From Selaginella moellendorffii (lineage: Eukaryota > Plantae > Lycopodiophyta), in NCBI RefSeq assembly GCF_000143415.4, contig NW_003314262.1, forward strand, positions 4,440,349 to 4,504,348: DNA of 64,000 nt, given 5' to 3'. Made by a program: the position numbers and the translations under genes. This document shows, in pieces, positions 26,708-37,906 of this stretch; the first letter of the stretch is position 1; every line of letters starts with the position of its first letter. The notes beneath the pieces are model-generated. The model was not told where the DNA came from and did not search any database. It saw only the letters and a program-made list of their open reading frames with translations.

Positions 26708-27586
26708 ATGGCTCGTCTCGCAGTCGGAGGTGCCGATGAGTACAGGCAACCGGATGCAATGAAGGGAGCTCTCGCGGAGTTCATTGGGACGTTCTTGTTC
26801 GTCTTCGCTGGTGTTGGATCCGCTATGGCTTTTGGTTCGTTCGCTCACCCCTCTCGCTCTATCTTGCTTCTTAAGCTATACCCTTTGATTGATCGGGGAA
26901 AAATGCGATGTTTGCAGCCAAGCTGGAAGGACCGATTCTCACACCCGCTGGCCTGGTGCAAATCGCGCTCGCGCACGGGATCGCCCTCTTCGTCGTCATC
27001 GCCGCCACCGCCAACATCTCGGGAGGCCACATCAATCCCGCCGTCACGTTTGGCCTCGCGGTTGGAGGCCACATCACCATCGCCAGGGGAGTCCTCTACT
27101 GGATCGCCCAGCTCCTCGGGTCAGTGCTCGCGGCTCTCGTTCTCAAGCTCACCTTCCTCCACGAGGTAACAAGCTTTAGTCGTCCGTGAGCCACCTTGAC
27201 TAACTTGACTGCTTTGGAACTTCCAGAGTGTTCCCATTCACGCCGTTGGAGCTCACGAATCTCTGATCTCCGCCCTGGTGATCGAGATCGTCACCACTTT
27301 CGCTCTCATCTTCACGGTCTACGGCACTGCGGTGGATCACAAGCGTGGAGTCGTCGGAACCATCGCCCCCATCGCGATTGGATTCATCGTGCTCGCCAAC
27401 ATCCTCGCGGCCGGGCCTTTCAGCGGCGGATCAATGAACCCGGCCAGATCCTTTGGCCCAGCTCTGATTACTTTCAACTGGACGAACCACTGGATCTACT
27501 GGGTCGGGCCTCTCATCGGTGGTGGCCTTGCTGGGCTTGTTTACAACGAGATCCTCATCACTCCACCACCTCCAGAGGAATACTAG
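26708..27586 (+). CDS. TIP: Tonoplast intrinsic protein (aquaporin), 3 exons
   Basis: [28 protein letters not shown] and [14 protein letters not shown], with two TIP-type introns. Confidence 0.96.
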
Positions 27587-28276
27587 AAGCTCTCCGAGCA
27601 GCTCGAGATTGGTCGGCACGGCATGGATTGGATCGTTTCTTTGGGTTGATTTGCTCTGTTTGTTGATACTGTGTTTTCTACTCTGTTTTTCACCTCGATT
27701 TTTCCTCTTTTTTTCCCCCTCTTCTTCGTTTTACCCTTTCTTTTCCTGCGCTGTATGATTAGGGATTACAGTCGGAGCAAAGAGATCGTCGAGATTCCGC
27801 ACATTGGAAATAAACCCAAGAAGCAATCGATGTCAATGGAAGTAGTTCTTTTCTCAATTGTGCTGTGCTCGTTGTTTCCCGCCAGAGTGCTATTTAAAAA
27901 AACGTCATAGCCCTAATGCACGAACACTATGACAAAAGTGACAAACACGTCCTGCTAGTTGTACACTGTGGATCTTGACTCCGGGGAAGACGATGGTTTA
28001 TCGACCGGTTTGTGGCAGCGAGCGAGGAAAATAAAACGATGGCAAGGAAAAAAATGTGCTGGCGATGGAGATAATGGCCAGTCTTATCGCCTGTGGTGCT
28101 GTGATGAGAGACAGCTGTGGGACTCAGCAGTGATCCACGATCATTATCACAATTTTCGCTCGAGATCGTGGTCATCATAATGGTTTGTTTGGGAATTGGT
28201 ACTTCCAACTCTTTTGCAAAATCATTGAAAACCAAGAACACGAAAGAAGATTCAGGGGAGAGGGAGAAATTCCTTC

Positions 28277-29173
28277 CTAGTATTCCTCTGGAGGTGGTGG
28301 AGTGATGAGGATCTCGTTGTAAACAAGCCCTGCAAGGCCACCACCAATGAGAGGCCCGACCCAGTAGATCCAGTGGTTCGTCCAGTCGAAGGTAACTAGA
28401 GCTGGGCCAAAGGATCTGGCCGGGTTCATGGATCCGCCGCTGAAAGGCCCGGCCGCGAGGATGTTGGCGAGAACGATGAATCCAATCGCGATGGGGGCGA
28501 TGGTTCCGACCACTCCACGCTTGTGATCCACCGCAGTGCCGTAGACCGTGAAGATAAGAGCGAAAGTGGTGACGATCTCGATCACCAGAGCGGAGATCAC
28601 AGATTCGTGGGCTCCAACGGCGTGAATAGGAACAGCCTAGATGTTCCAAAGCGAGAGAGTTTCCATGGGATCACAAGGATCAAAGTTAGTCCAAGCCAGT
28701 CAAGCGAGCTCGTCAGGGAGCGGCGACTAGAAGAGCTTACCTCGTGGAGGAAGGTGAACTTGAGGACGAGAGCCGCGAGCACTGACCCGAGGAGCTGGGC
28801 GATCCAGTAGAGGACTCCCCTGGCGATTGTGATGTGGCCTCCAACCGCGAGGCCAAACGTGACCGCGGGATTGATGTGTCCTCCCGAGATGTTGGCGGTG
28901 GCGGCGATGACGACGAAGAGGGCGATCCCGTGCGCGAGCGCGATTTGCACCAGGCCAGCGGGTGTGAGAATCGGTCCTCCCAGCTTGGCTGCAAGACAAG
29001 ACGAAGTTTTGGTAAGTTCTCCTGCGAGAATCTAGCAGCTACACACCGAAAGCCATAGCCGATCCAACGCCCGCGAAGACGAACAAGAACATCCCGATGA
29101 ATTCAGCGAGCGCGGCTTTCATTGCGTCGGGTTGCCTGTATTCGTCTGCCCCTCCCACCGTGAGACGAGCCAT
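28277..29173 (-). CDS. TIP: Tonoplast intrinsic protein, inverted paralog, 3 exons
   Basis: Nearly the same protein as 26708-27586: both NPA motifs, identical ITPPPPEEY end, same intron positions. Confidence 0.95.
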
Positions 29174-29269
29174 TTCGGATCGATCGAGCGATGAAAGAAA
29201 AAACAAGGGAAGAAAAACGAAGAACCAGAAAGAGAGATTGGCTTGGCCTCACAGAGATGGAAGATTTTT

Positions 29270-29400
29270 AAGGCCGGACTCATTCGTTGCTACCGGGTGA
29301 CGTGGAGCCCACTGGCACCGCCCTAGCGACCCTGGGTCCCGCCACGTCAGCTGGACCAGCCTGCTGACTCACCGCCTGGACACGTGTCAGGCGCGAAGAG
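29270..29400 (-). promoter_or_regulatory. ABRE/G-box motifs upstream of the second TIP
   Basis: TGACGTGG, CCACGTCAG and GACACGTGTC. Confidence 0.5.
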
Positions 29401-29949
29401 TTCGTAAACAAGTATATAAAGTCTCGTGTATAGTTTGCATTTGTGTTTGAGTTTGAGGAGGACACACGATGCGCTCGTCCGTGCGATTTGCTCTGCAAAA
29501 GAATCGAACACTTGTCGCTACCACCTTTGGGGGTTTGTTTGATCGATCAATCAATCAATGCACGACTTGATAAGGATGTTATATGAAATCAGGAAGGCTT
29601 TTTATCCTACATAAACAAGATGCCCCTTGAAGGCATTACGCTAAGGTTGTAGAATTATATAGACAGAACGGGCAAGCCTTTCTTTCTCACTTATTTGATC
29701 TCAACCAGTTGGTAAGCAACTTAGAACTTGACTAGCAACAAGGATTTCATCGGAGTACATTGAAAACCATGAGAGGACCCTCTTTGATACGACAAGCTAC
29801 AAACAAAAATAAAAGATTCAGAAAGTCACAGTGCTTTTTCTGCCCGGCTGTTAATGCTCCAGAGTGCCGGCTTTTCCGTGACACCAAAGCACAACAAAAG
29901 CACAAATTAGTTTGAGTCATGCTTTACTTATAAGGGGTTGCCCAACCAA

Positions 29950-30900
29950 TCAGAATTTTTTGTTTTTTTAAACCAGCTTTTCTTCTTGCATCTTCTTCTA
30001 CCTTGTCTTTTTTAGTTTTTTCCTTGGCCTCAATGTGAGCAATGTATTCTAGATTAGTGAGTGAAGTTTCATAGGGAATAGAGATGAACCTCTACTTCTC
30101 TCTTGTTTGTGGTTGTTTTTAAGTTTGAGTGGAGAATGGCATTGTGAGTTGAGTTATAAATTCTTCCATTGTTGGCTCATGAGCTTCTTCCATTCTATAG
30201 TTTACATTTACAGCAATTGTAGCACTTAAATCATCATCATTATTATCATCTGCACTTATATCAAATATAAGTCTTTTCATCTTCATCTTTTTAAAGTTTT
30301 TTACTTGTGCCTTCTAAAGCTACAGCCATGTGAAATTTGGCATCCATAGTTGCACAATCGAAAAGCTAGAGTCCAGTTTTCTTAAAGCTAGCAATGATGT
30401 TTGCAAGAGTTAGAGCTTTGTCCAAGTGCTCTTCTCACCATTCCTGCTAAGATCTTTGTTGGAGTGTGTTTATGAAATTTTGCCTCCATGTACTCAGCAT
30501 GGATGGCTTTGAATGCTATCTTGAAATGTTTGAAACAATATACATTAAGAGGTTGCATGTAATATGAAGTATGAGGTGGCATTATGACGATGTCAATTCC
30601 TAACTCGAATGCTTTCTTTAAAGTAGCAAGAGCCATGACCATCCATCACAATGCAAGCTCGATTTGTTAAAGAGATGCCACTTGGGATGACTTTTGCAAA
30701 GTGTTCAAGGAAGTAGGTAAGCCCATTATCGCTCATCCATGCATTGGCTTGTACTTACATAGATGCTCCAAGCTCACACAAGTCCAACTAGCTTGTTGCT
30801 CAATTATGCTCTTAAAATATGTAGTGATTTAGAAGTTTTTGGCCATTCGTAGCAATAGCACAAATGATTATTATCCTTTGATGTTCATTTGGAATGACAC
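29950..30900 (-). mobile_element. Decayed pogo/Fot1-like (DDE_1) transposase relic
   Basis: VMDGHG then MPPHTSYYMQPLNVYCFKHFK. Many stops. Boundaries approximate. Confidence 0.7.
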
Positions 30901-30949
30901 TAAAAATTGTACGAGCTTGTTTATATAAGTAACCAAAGGGAATGACTTG

Positions 30950-31370
30950 AATATAAAAAAAAAGGGCTCATAAATAATAATGCACCATTTTTTCCAATCA
31001 ATTAAAGGTCTTGGGATATTTGAGGTTAAGCATTATTGAGTTTAAGTAATTTGCTTGTAAGAGAATGACTTGAGAAACAATATGTTAAGGTTTAAATATA
31101 AAAGAAAAAGGGTTTATAAATAAAAATACACCCCCTTTTTCAATCAGTTAAAAGTTTTAAGATATTTAAACAATTTTGAGTTTAAGTAATACTAAACTCC
31201 TAAGAAGTCCAAATTTAAAACTTGAGAGATGATCCGTTGAGGTTTAAATACAAAGGGAAAAGGCCATGAATAATAATGCACTTCTTTTTCCAATTAATTA
31301 AGGGTTTTGGAATATTTGGGGTATTGAGTTTGAGTAATATTGTTCCAAAAAGTTCAAATTTAAAAGATTA
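30950..31370. repeat. About 150-bp diverged AT-rich tandem repeat, about 3 copies
   Basis: AAAAGG..ATAAATAATAATGCAC..TTTTTCCAATCAATTAA recurs near 30957, 31105 and 31258. Confidence 0.6.
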
Positions 31371-32555
31371 CAACTTGTTGAATACCATATAACAGCCTTA
31401 CTAGATCAAGTGTAAAATAAGGATTTTATTTAGGGTGATTTTAGTTAATTTTTGTTTCTTCTATAAATCTTTGTTGGGTTTTGTTAAGTACACCAAGAAA
31501 CATTTAAGGGTTTCTAGCTCATTCAATTAAGGTTTGAAGTGATCTAAACTCTAGAATTATAAAAACAATTGAATGTGACTAGTAAAATTGGTTGGTGCCA
31601 CATCAAATTGTTGGATGCCCAATTGGATTACACTCTATGGCATTTGTAAAAACTTGATATTAATCAAGACTACAGTTCTCATCTTAGTTTTTTTATTTGT
31701 CTTCCAGTAGTTGTAATATTACCTTTTTGTCACAATTTTGCAAAAAGTTTAATTCTTATGATTCTAATATTGCATATAATTCCAATATTTTTAAAAATTG
31801 GTACCTGGCTCTATTTCCACATAGTCATAGATCTAATCAATGTTTTGTGCTTAATTGCAAGGTTTACAATATTGTTCTATGTTTAAGATTTTATTATACT
31901 CTTTGGTTCGCTTAAGCAAAACTTGTAGGTATATCTCAAATATACTTAGATATTCTAGGATATTCTACCATCTAACAGTTGTTATTTATTTAGATTAATC
32001 TTGTATTTAAAATTTATAAATTTTTGTAAACACTTTCTAGTATATTCTTATTTATTTTATGGTTGATATGCAATAATATTATCATTTATTTATAAATTAT
32101 AAACATGTTTATAATTATCAATTAATTGAATTATTCAAAAATACTAAGTAAGAATGACACTACTATTAAGCAAACCAAGTGTTACTGTATGCAACACATA
32201 ACAAATTATTTTTCTAACTTTTGTAGTTGCATATATGTAATTAGTGTTTAATGCTAATATTTTCAATTAGTATAACTCTATTTAAGATAAATACACCAAG
32301 AATACACCTATATTATCTCATAAACAATGTCAGATTAGCATCCAAACCCACATCATATTAACATGAAAAGTATTTTGCTTAAATAAAAACTTCTTTAGAG
32401 ATTGAGTTGGAGTTTCATTGTATTTTATCTTATAAGTCACTTTCTGTTTGTGTTTGAACAAATTTAATTAATATTAATTCTTAATTAAAACCAATAATAT
32501 AAATTTCTAATAGATTTGTTATTTAATTTATTTACATTATTTAATCATGTTCAAT

Positions 32556-35500
32556 TGTGAGGGCCAAGTGTACGGCTACGATGCCGTATACTAATATTAG
32601 CGTAGTGGATTTTGGTAGCCGTCGGATTGGTTTCAATCCGGACCACTCGCTCCTGTATATAAGCTAGGGTTTTTGGGTTAATTGATATGCACATTTCTGT
32701 ATTCCCTTTCCATATTCCATGCACTCACATTGGTGGAGGTGAGGGGCACCTTTGATTGTCCCTGGGGAGTGCTTGGATTTGGGATTTCGGTTTAGATCTA
32801 GCTTTTGCATTGTCTAGATCTAGCTTTTTCCATTTCCTTTCTTTTGTTCTTTCCTTTCAGGATTTTGGTTTAGATCTAGCTTTTTGCATTGTCTAGATCT
32901 ACCATTTCTTTCTAGCTTTTTGTCATTTCTCTTCTTTTGCTCTTTCTTTCTCATTCATTTTCATGGCCAATCCACAATCTCCTCCTTTGACTCTAGAGCA
33001 GCAGTTGGTTCAATTGCTTGATGCTATGCGCCTGCAATTGAACAACCAAACTCAGTTGATGGCGGCGTTCACGGCACATGGTACAACTCCTCCTGCTTTT
33101 GGTGCCAATCCTCGCGTTCGGCCGGAGTTCTTTCGTGGGAATCCTGGGGATGATGTGTACCATTGGTTCGATCACTTCACGGTGATTGCCACATATCATT
33201 CTTGGGATGATGCTCGGCGTTTGCGTGAGTTCCCCACATGTCTTCAAGGGACGGCATTGCAGTGGTACAATGGATTGAGCGCAGCTACTCGTGGCGATTG
33301 GAGTGTTCTTCCAGACGTCTTCAAACGTGCCTTCGGACACGCCGACGATTGTGATGATGCCTTCCAACAATTGCATCGTCTTCGCCAAGGGCCATCTGAG
33401 TCGGTGATGCAATTTGGCGTTCGTTTCCGAAGTCTTTTGCTTCGTGCGGAGCCCAATATGTCGGAGCGGATCAAGCTAGGAATGCTGTGGCCAGCACTTC
33501 GTCAAGATCTTGTCGGACTTGTGCATGCACTTGCTCCTGCCACTCTTGACGATGCTCTTCGCTTGGCACAACGTTATGAGACGTCGCCTCTTCCACTTCT
33601 TGCTACACGTCCTTCAGCTCCACTTCCTATGAGTGATGGTCCTGTTCCCATGGAGGTTGATGCTGCTGCTACTCGAGTCCAAGGACAAGTACGAGGACGT
33701 GGTCGTGGCCGTGACATTCGTTGCTGGGCGTGTGATGAAGTTGGTCATACTTATCGGCGTTGTCGGCGCTTTCCGGATTGGCGACCTCCATTTCCTGGGT
33801 GGAGACCTTGGCGTCAGCAACGTCCCGTTGGTGCTGCTGCGGTGGAAGGTTTGGATACCGAGGTGCATTCGGGAAACGAGGAGTCGTGCGAGTAATGGAG
33901 GGACCTTGCGCGAATAAGTTAGTGACCCCTCCATCTTTCTTTCGGGAGTATCATCAAGGGGTTCACTCGGCACCGGTTCATCCAGTGTTTACTTTCCAAG
34001 CTCGTTTTTATAACAAGAGGTCTCCTATTCTTCTCTCCGTGTTGGTTGATACAGGTTCGAGTTTATCTTCTATTGCTCGACCTGTTGCCACACGTTGTCG
34101 TCTACACTTGTGTCGTGCGGCGGATCCAGTTTTCATTCTTTATTGCAACGGCCGTACACATGCATGTGCACGAGATGAGGCGGACCTGGTTGTGCGTGTG
34201 GGTGATCTCGAGCTTGAGTTGCAGTCGTTGCGGGTGGTGCCGAGTCAAGCTTTTGACCTCATTCTTGGTATGGATTGGTTGCAGCACAATCATGCCAAGT
34301 GTGACTTTGAGGCTTTTCCCCCTTGTCTCATACTTCCTTATGTTTCATCCATTCCTCTCACTTCTGTACCTCTTCGTCCCTCTACTTCTACCTCTGCTTC
34401 CATTACTTTTGTTCCCCCATTATTTCCTCTTGTGTTTCCATCTTGTTCTGCTCTTCCCTTTTCCGATCCCTCCGATGATCTTTGTGTTGCAGCTGTTGAT
34501 CAGCTCATGAAGGAGTATTCTGATCTCTTTGAATTTGACCTATCGTCTGGGGCCAAGATTGCCACACGTCATCCCATTCCAACCGGGGATGCTCGTCCAA
34601 TCAAGGTTCCTGTTCGTCGTCGGTCACCCAAGGAGATCAAGATTTTACATGCAAACGTCAAGGAGATGTTGGAGAAGGGTGTTATTCGGAAGTCGCGGAG
34701 TCCTTGGGCATGTGAACCTCATCTTGTGACAAAGCCTGATGGGAGTATTCGTTTCTGCATCGACTATCGTCCGTTAAATGAGGTGACGATCCCGGACGTG
34801 TACCCTCTTCCTCACACTGCTGATCTCTTGGATCGTCTGGGGCGAAGTCGTTGGTTCACCAAGCTAGATCTTGCTTCTGGGTATTGGCAAGTACCGATGG
34901 CTGAAGACGATATTCCTAAGACTGCTTTTCGTACACCATTTGGTTTGTACGAGTTTTTGGTGATGCCGTTTGGTTTGAACAATGCTCCAGCAACTTTTCA
35001 GCGAATGATAGACGAGGTTCTTTGCGATATGCCAGAGGTGACAGCTGACTTCATTGATGATGTCTTGATCCACTCGGAGGGGACGTGGGAGGAGCATGTT
35101 CGTGATGTTTGTAAAGTGTTGGATCGGCTATGCGACGTTGGTTTAAAGCTGAAGCGGTTGAAGTGCGTGTTTGGGTCCAAGGACACAACTTATCTTGGGT
35201 ACCGTATTTCTCGTGAGGGTTTGCAAGTTGATCCTGACAAACTTGTGGCTGTTCTAAAGTTCCCTACTCCGAAGTGTGTGAATGATGTGCAGCGCTTTTT
35301 GGGTAAGGTGCAGTATCTCGGTCGTTTTGTGGATCATCTTTCCGATCGCACTTTACCATTGCGAGCGTTGCTGAAGTCATCAATGTCATCTTTCATCTGG
35401 TCTCCCGATTGTGAGCGGGCGTTCGTGAATCTCAAAGAGCTATTGACGACTCCTCCGGTTTTGGCATATTCTGACTACACTCGACCTTTTATTTTGCGCG

Positions 35501-36340
35501 TGGATGCTTCTGACATTGGTCTTGGAGGTGTGTTGATGCAAGAGAGCTCGAGTGTGCCTGGTCAGTGCCATCCCATTGCATACATAAGCCGTACATTACA
35601 ACCAGCGGAGATGAACTACTCCACGACGGAGAAGGAGTGTTTAGCAGCAGTCTGGGGTTTCGAGAAACTTGATGCCTATCTACATGGTTCTCGGACGTTA
35701 CTTGAAGGTGACCATGCTGCTGTTACTTCATTATTGAAGCGGAAGAACCTGCTTGGTCGTACGGCTCGATGGGCTTTGAAGCTTCAAATATATGATTTCG
35801 ATGTTGTTCATCGCCCAGGGAGTTCTATGGCTGATGCTGATGCCCTTTCTCGAGCTCCTCTTCCTTCTCCACTCACTTCTCATGTTTCTGATGAACCTGT
35901 TGTTCCAGCATCTGTGGATTTTCTAGATGAGGATTCTGTGCCATCGGCGGTTGCTGTCCTTGACGTTCAGTGTCCACAGGGCGTAGAGCAAGATCTACCT
36001 TCTCTGGATGAGGTTCGCGAGGCTCAAAAGATTGAGCCGTGGATTCGAAGGCTTCGAGATGGGTTTGAGAATCCTGTATCACTTGCTAATGACTTGCCTT
36101 TTCGGCATTTACATTCTCAATATCGCCTTGAAGATGGCCTTCTTTATTTTGTGGGGACGGATCCTGATGCTCATTTACGGCTGGTGGTGCCTTCGGTGTT
36201 TATTCCGCGGTTTCTCCATGCCTACCATGATTCTCCTATTCTAGGTGGGCATATGGGACACCGTCGTGTCACCGAGAAGTTGCGCAGATCTTTCTATTGG
36301 CCAGAGATGCGACGTGATATTATCCGGTATGTGCGTAGCT
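32556..36340 (+). mobile_element. Ty3/Gypsy LTR retrotransposon copy A, 3'-truncated inside integrase
   Basis: 174-bp LTR 32556-32729 (TGTGAG...CTCACA) and PBS TGGTGGAGGTGAGGGG (tRNA-Ala-like), then gag and pol. Homology stops at 36340. Confidence 0.92.
32963..33895 (+). CDS. gag: Gag of Gypsy copy A
   Basis: Retrotransposon gag core (LRQGPSESV), PVPMEVD and a CCHC knuckle (CWACDEVGHTYRRC). Confidence 0.9.
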   Translation: MANPQSPPLTLEQQLVQLLDAMRLQLNNQTQLMAAFTAHGTTPPAFGANPRVRPEFFRGNPGDDVYHWFDHFTVIATYHSWDDARRLREFPTCLQGTALQWYNGLSAATRGDWSVLPDVFKRAFGHADDCDDAFQQLHRLRQGPSESVMQFGVRFRSLLLRAEPNMSERIKLGMLWPALRQDLVGLVHALAPATLDDALRLAQRYETSPLPLLATRPSAPLPMSDGPVPMEVDAAATRVQGQVRGRGRGRDIRCWACDEVGHTYRRCRRFPDWRPPFPGWRPWRQQRPVGAAAVEGLDTEVHSGNEESCE

Positions 36341-36342
36341 GA
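33871..36342 (+). CDS. pol: Pol of Gypsy copy A (PR-RT-RNaseH plus start of integrase), in the -1 frame
   Basis: LVDTGSS protease, RT (DLASGYWQV, MPFGL, FIDDVLI), RNase H (DAS...EKEC) and the integrase HH. Truncated before the CC. Confidence 0.92.
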   Translation, partial: GKRGVVRVMEGPCANKLVTPPSFFREYHQGVHSAPVHPVFTFQARFYNKRSPILLSVLVDTGSSLSSIARPVATRCRLHLCRAADPVFILYCNGRTHACARDEADLVVRVGDLELELQSLRVVPSQAFDLILGMDWLQHNHAKCDFEAFPPCLILPYVSSIPLTSVPLRPSTSTSASITFVPPLFPLVFPSCSALPFSDPSDDLCVAAVDQLMKEYSDLFEFDLSSGAKIATRHPIPTGDARPIKVPVRRRSPKEIKILHANVKEMLEKGVIRKSRSPWACEPHLVTKPDGSIRFCIDYRPLNEVTIPDVYPLPHTADLLDRLGRSRWFTKLDLASGYWQVPMAEDDIPKTAFRTPFGLYEFLVMPFGLNNAPATFQRMIDEVLCDMPEVTADFIDDVLIHSEGTWEEHVRDVCKVLDRLCDVGLKLKRLKCVFGSKDTTYLGYRISREGLQVDPDKLVAVLKFPTPKCVNDVQRFLGKVQYLGRFVDHLSDRTLPLRALLKSSMSSFIWSPDCERAFVNLKELLTTPPVLAYSDYTRPFILRVDASDIGLGGVLMQESSSVPGQCHPIAYISRTLQPAEMNYSTTEKECLAAVWGFEKLDAYLHGSRTLLEGDHAAVTSLLKRKNLLGRTARWALKLQIYDFDVVHRPGSSMADADALSRAPLPSPLTSHVSDEPVVPASVDFLDEDSVPSAVAVLDVQCPQGVEQDLPSLDEVREAQKIEPWIRRLRDGFENPVSLANDLPFRHLHSQYRLEDGLLYFVGTDPDAHLRLVVPSVFIPRFLHAYHDSPILGGHMGHRRVTEKLRRSFYWPEMRRDIIRYVRS

Positions 36343-37535
36343 TTTTGCATCAAGTTCTGTATTTGCATGTTTATCAAGCTACTGAATTGCTAAACCCTAA
36401 ACCCTAACCCTAAACATGTGGCAAATGCTGCGTGAAGAAAGATGCCCTTTCTGGGCAAATGCTGTAAGAGGCAGATGCCGAGCAGATGTATCTCAGGCTA
36501 GCGAAGGGGACAAACGAAAGCTAGCTATAAACATGACGGGATGCAAATAGATTACTAGGCTGGTCCTGCGAAAATCAAAAACCATAATTGAAAACATTGA
36601 AAATGCAAAAAGAAAGGTTTATAATATTTTTGAATTTTAAGCAACCAAAGGAATGTAAGTAGGGCATGTGTTTGTAAGTTTAAAAATGCCTCAGCCATAT
36701 AAATTCCCAAGTAAATAAAGCTGTTTCTATTTTTGGTACAGGTAAACTTTATAGCGTGTGGGCTCATGCAATTTTGAACCCAAAAATGCACCAAAAGATG
36801 CTCGACTAGCATTATTCTTTGAATGGCATGTGGCCTTATATTGCCATAAATGGACGTACACACACAGCATAATTATTCCTTTACACGGCGAATAATCTTG
36901 GCGCGGATCGCTAACATGGCATGGCAAAGTTCGAATCACTGACATGGCACAGCTGGATCGAGGCAAGGACATGATGTGACAAAGTTCAACCTCCGACAGC
37001 AAAGTCTAGAAGCTACTCAGTTTGAAATTTGTCAGAGGAATCATAAGATCTGGTTTGTCAGAGGATTTGATGTGACGTTCAAGCGTGTGTTATTTTTGAA
37101 TTCTCAAACTCATTCCTAGGTCTATCATTTTTGTGCACCGTGTTCTTGGTTCCGCTGAGCGCAGTGAGCGCTGCTTGTGTAAGCGGCGTTGTGAGCTGTG
37201 GTTTATGCGTCTACAAGCGGTTGCGGCATTGCGAGCGCCATTGCGAGCGGCAGTTTATGCGAGTGGCAGTTTGTGCGAGCGGCGCTACGAGCAGTTGCGG
37301 TGTTGCGAGCGGCGCTACGAGTAGTTGCGGTGTTGCGAGCGGCACTGTCTTTGGTGTGGCTATCGCTTCCTCTTGATATTCGGCACTTGTGCTTCCTGGT
37401 ATGTTCACCATGGAATGGTTTAGGACCACATTTAGAAATGGCATGAGGCCACATGCCATCTTGGGCCCTTGCAATTTCATGGCTAGCGTATTGTCATGCA
37501 TGTTTTTACTTGCCTGCAGCTGTGTGTATATCAAG

Positions 37536-37727
37536 ATGGCATGAGGCCTCATGCCATCTTTGGCCCCTACTAGCCTATTGCCATATTCCTTTTGCCTTGC
37601 TGCAACTGTATATATTTTTGTATGGGTGACTAGTCACGCACACAAAAATATATACAGTTGCAACAAGGCAAAAGGAATATAGCAACAGGCTAGCAGGGGC
37701 CAAAGATAGCGTGAGGCCTCATGCCAT
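37536..37727. repeat. 192-bp near-perfect palindrome
   Basis: Arms mirror around GTGACTAGTCAC (37626-37637), with a 22-bp palindrome unit at each end. Confidence 0.9.
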
Positions 37728-37906
37728 TAGTGGTACCACTAATGGCATGAGGGCTCATGCCAATTTTGTGAATGCGAAATTTCACGTGGGTGTCAATAGC
37801 ATGTTTGAATAATGGCATGTGGCCTCATGCTATTTGGTATGTTATGATTTAGGCCATTCTCCAATCATTTTTTGTATGGTCTTAACTTCTTTTCTGCACT
37901 TTCAGA

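Noticed and set aside
37438-37833. CRISPR array interpretation of the palindromic repeats
   Set aside because: Spacers are very irregular (14-148 bp) and partly self-complementary, there are no cas genes, and the context is eukaryotic.
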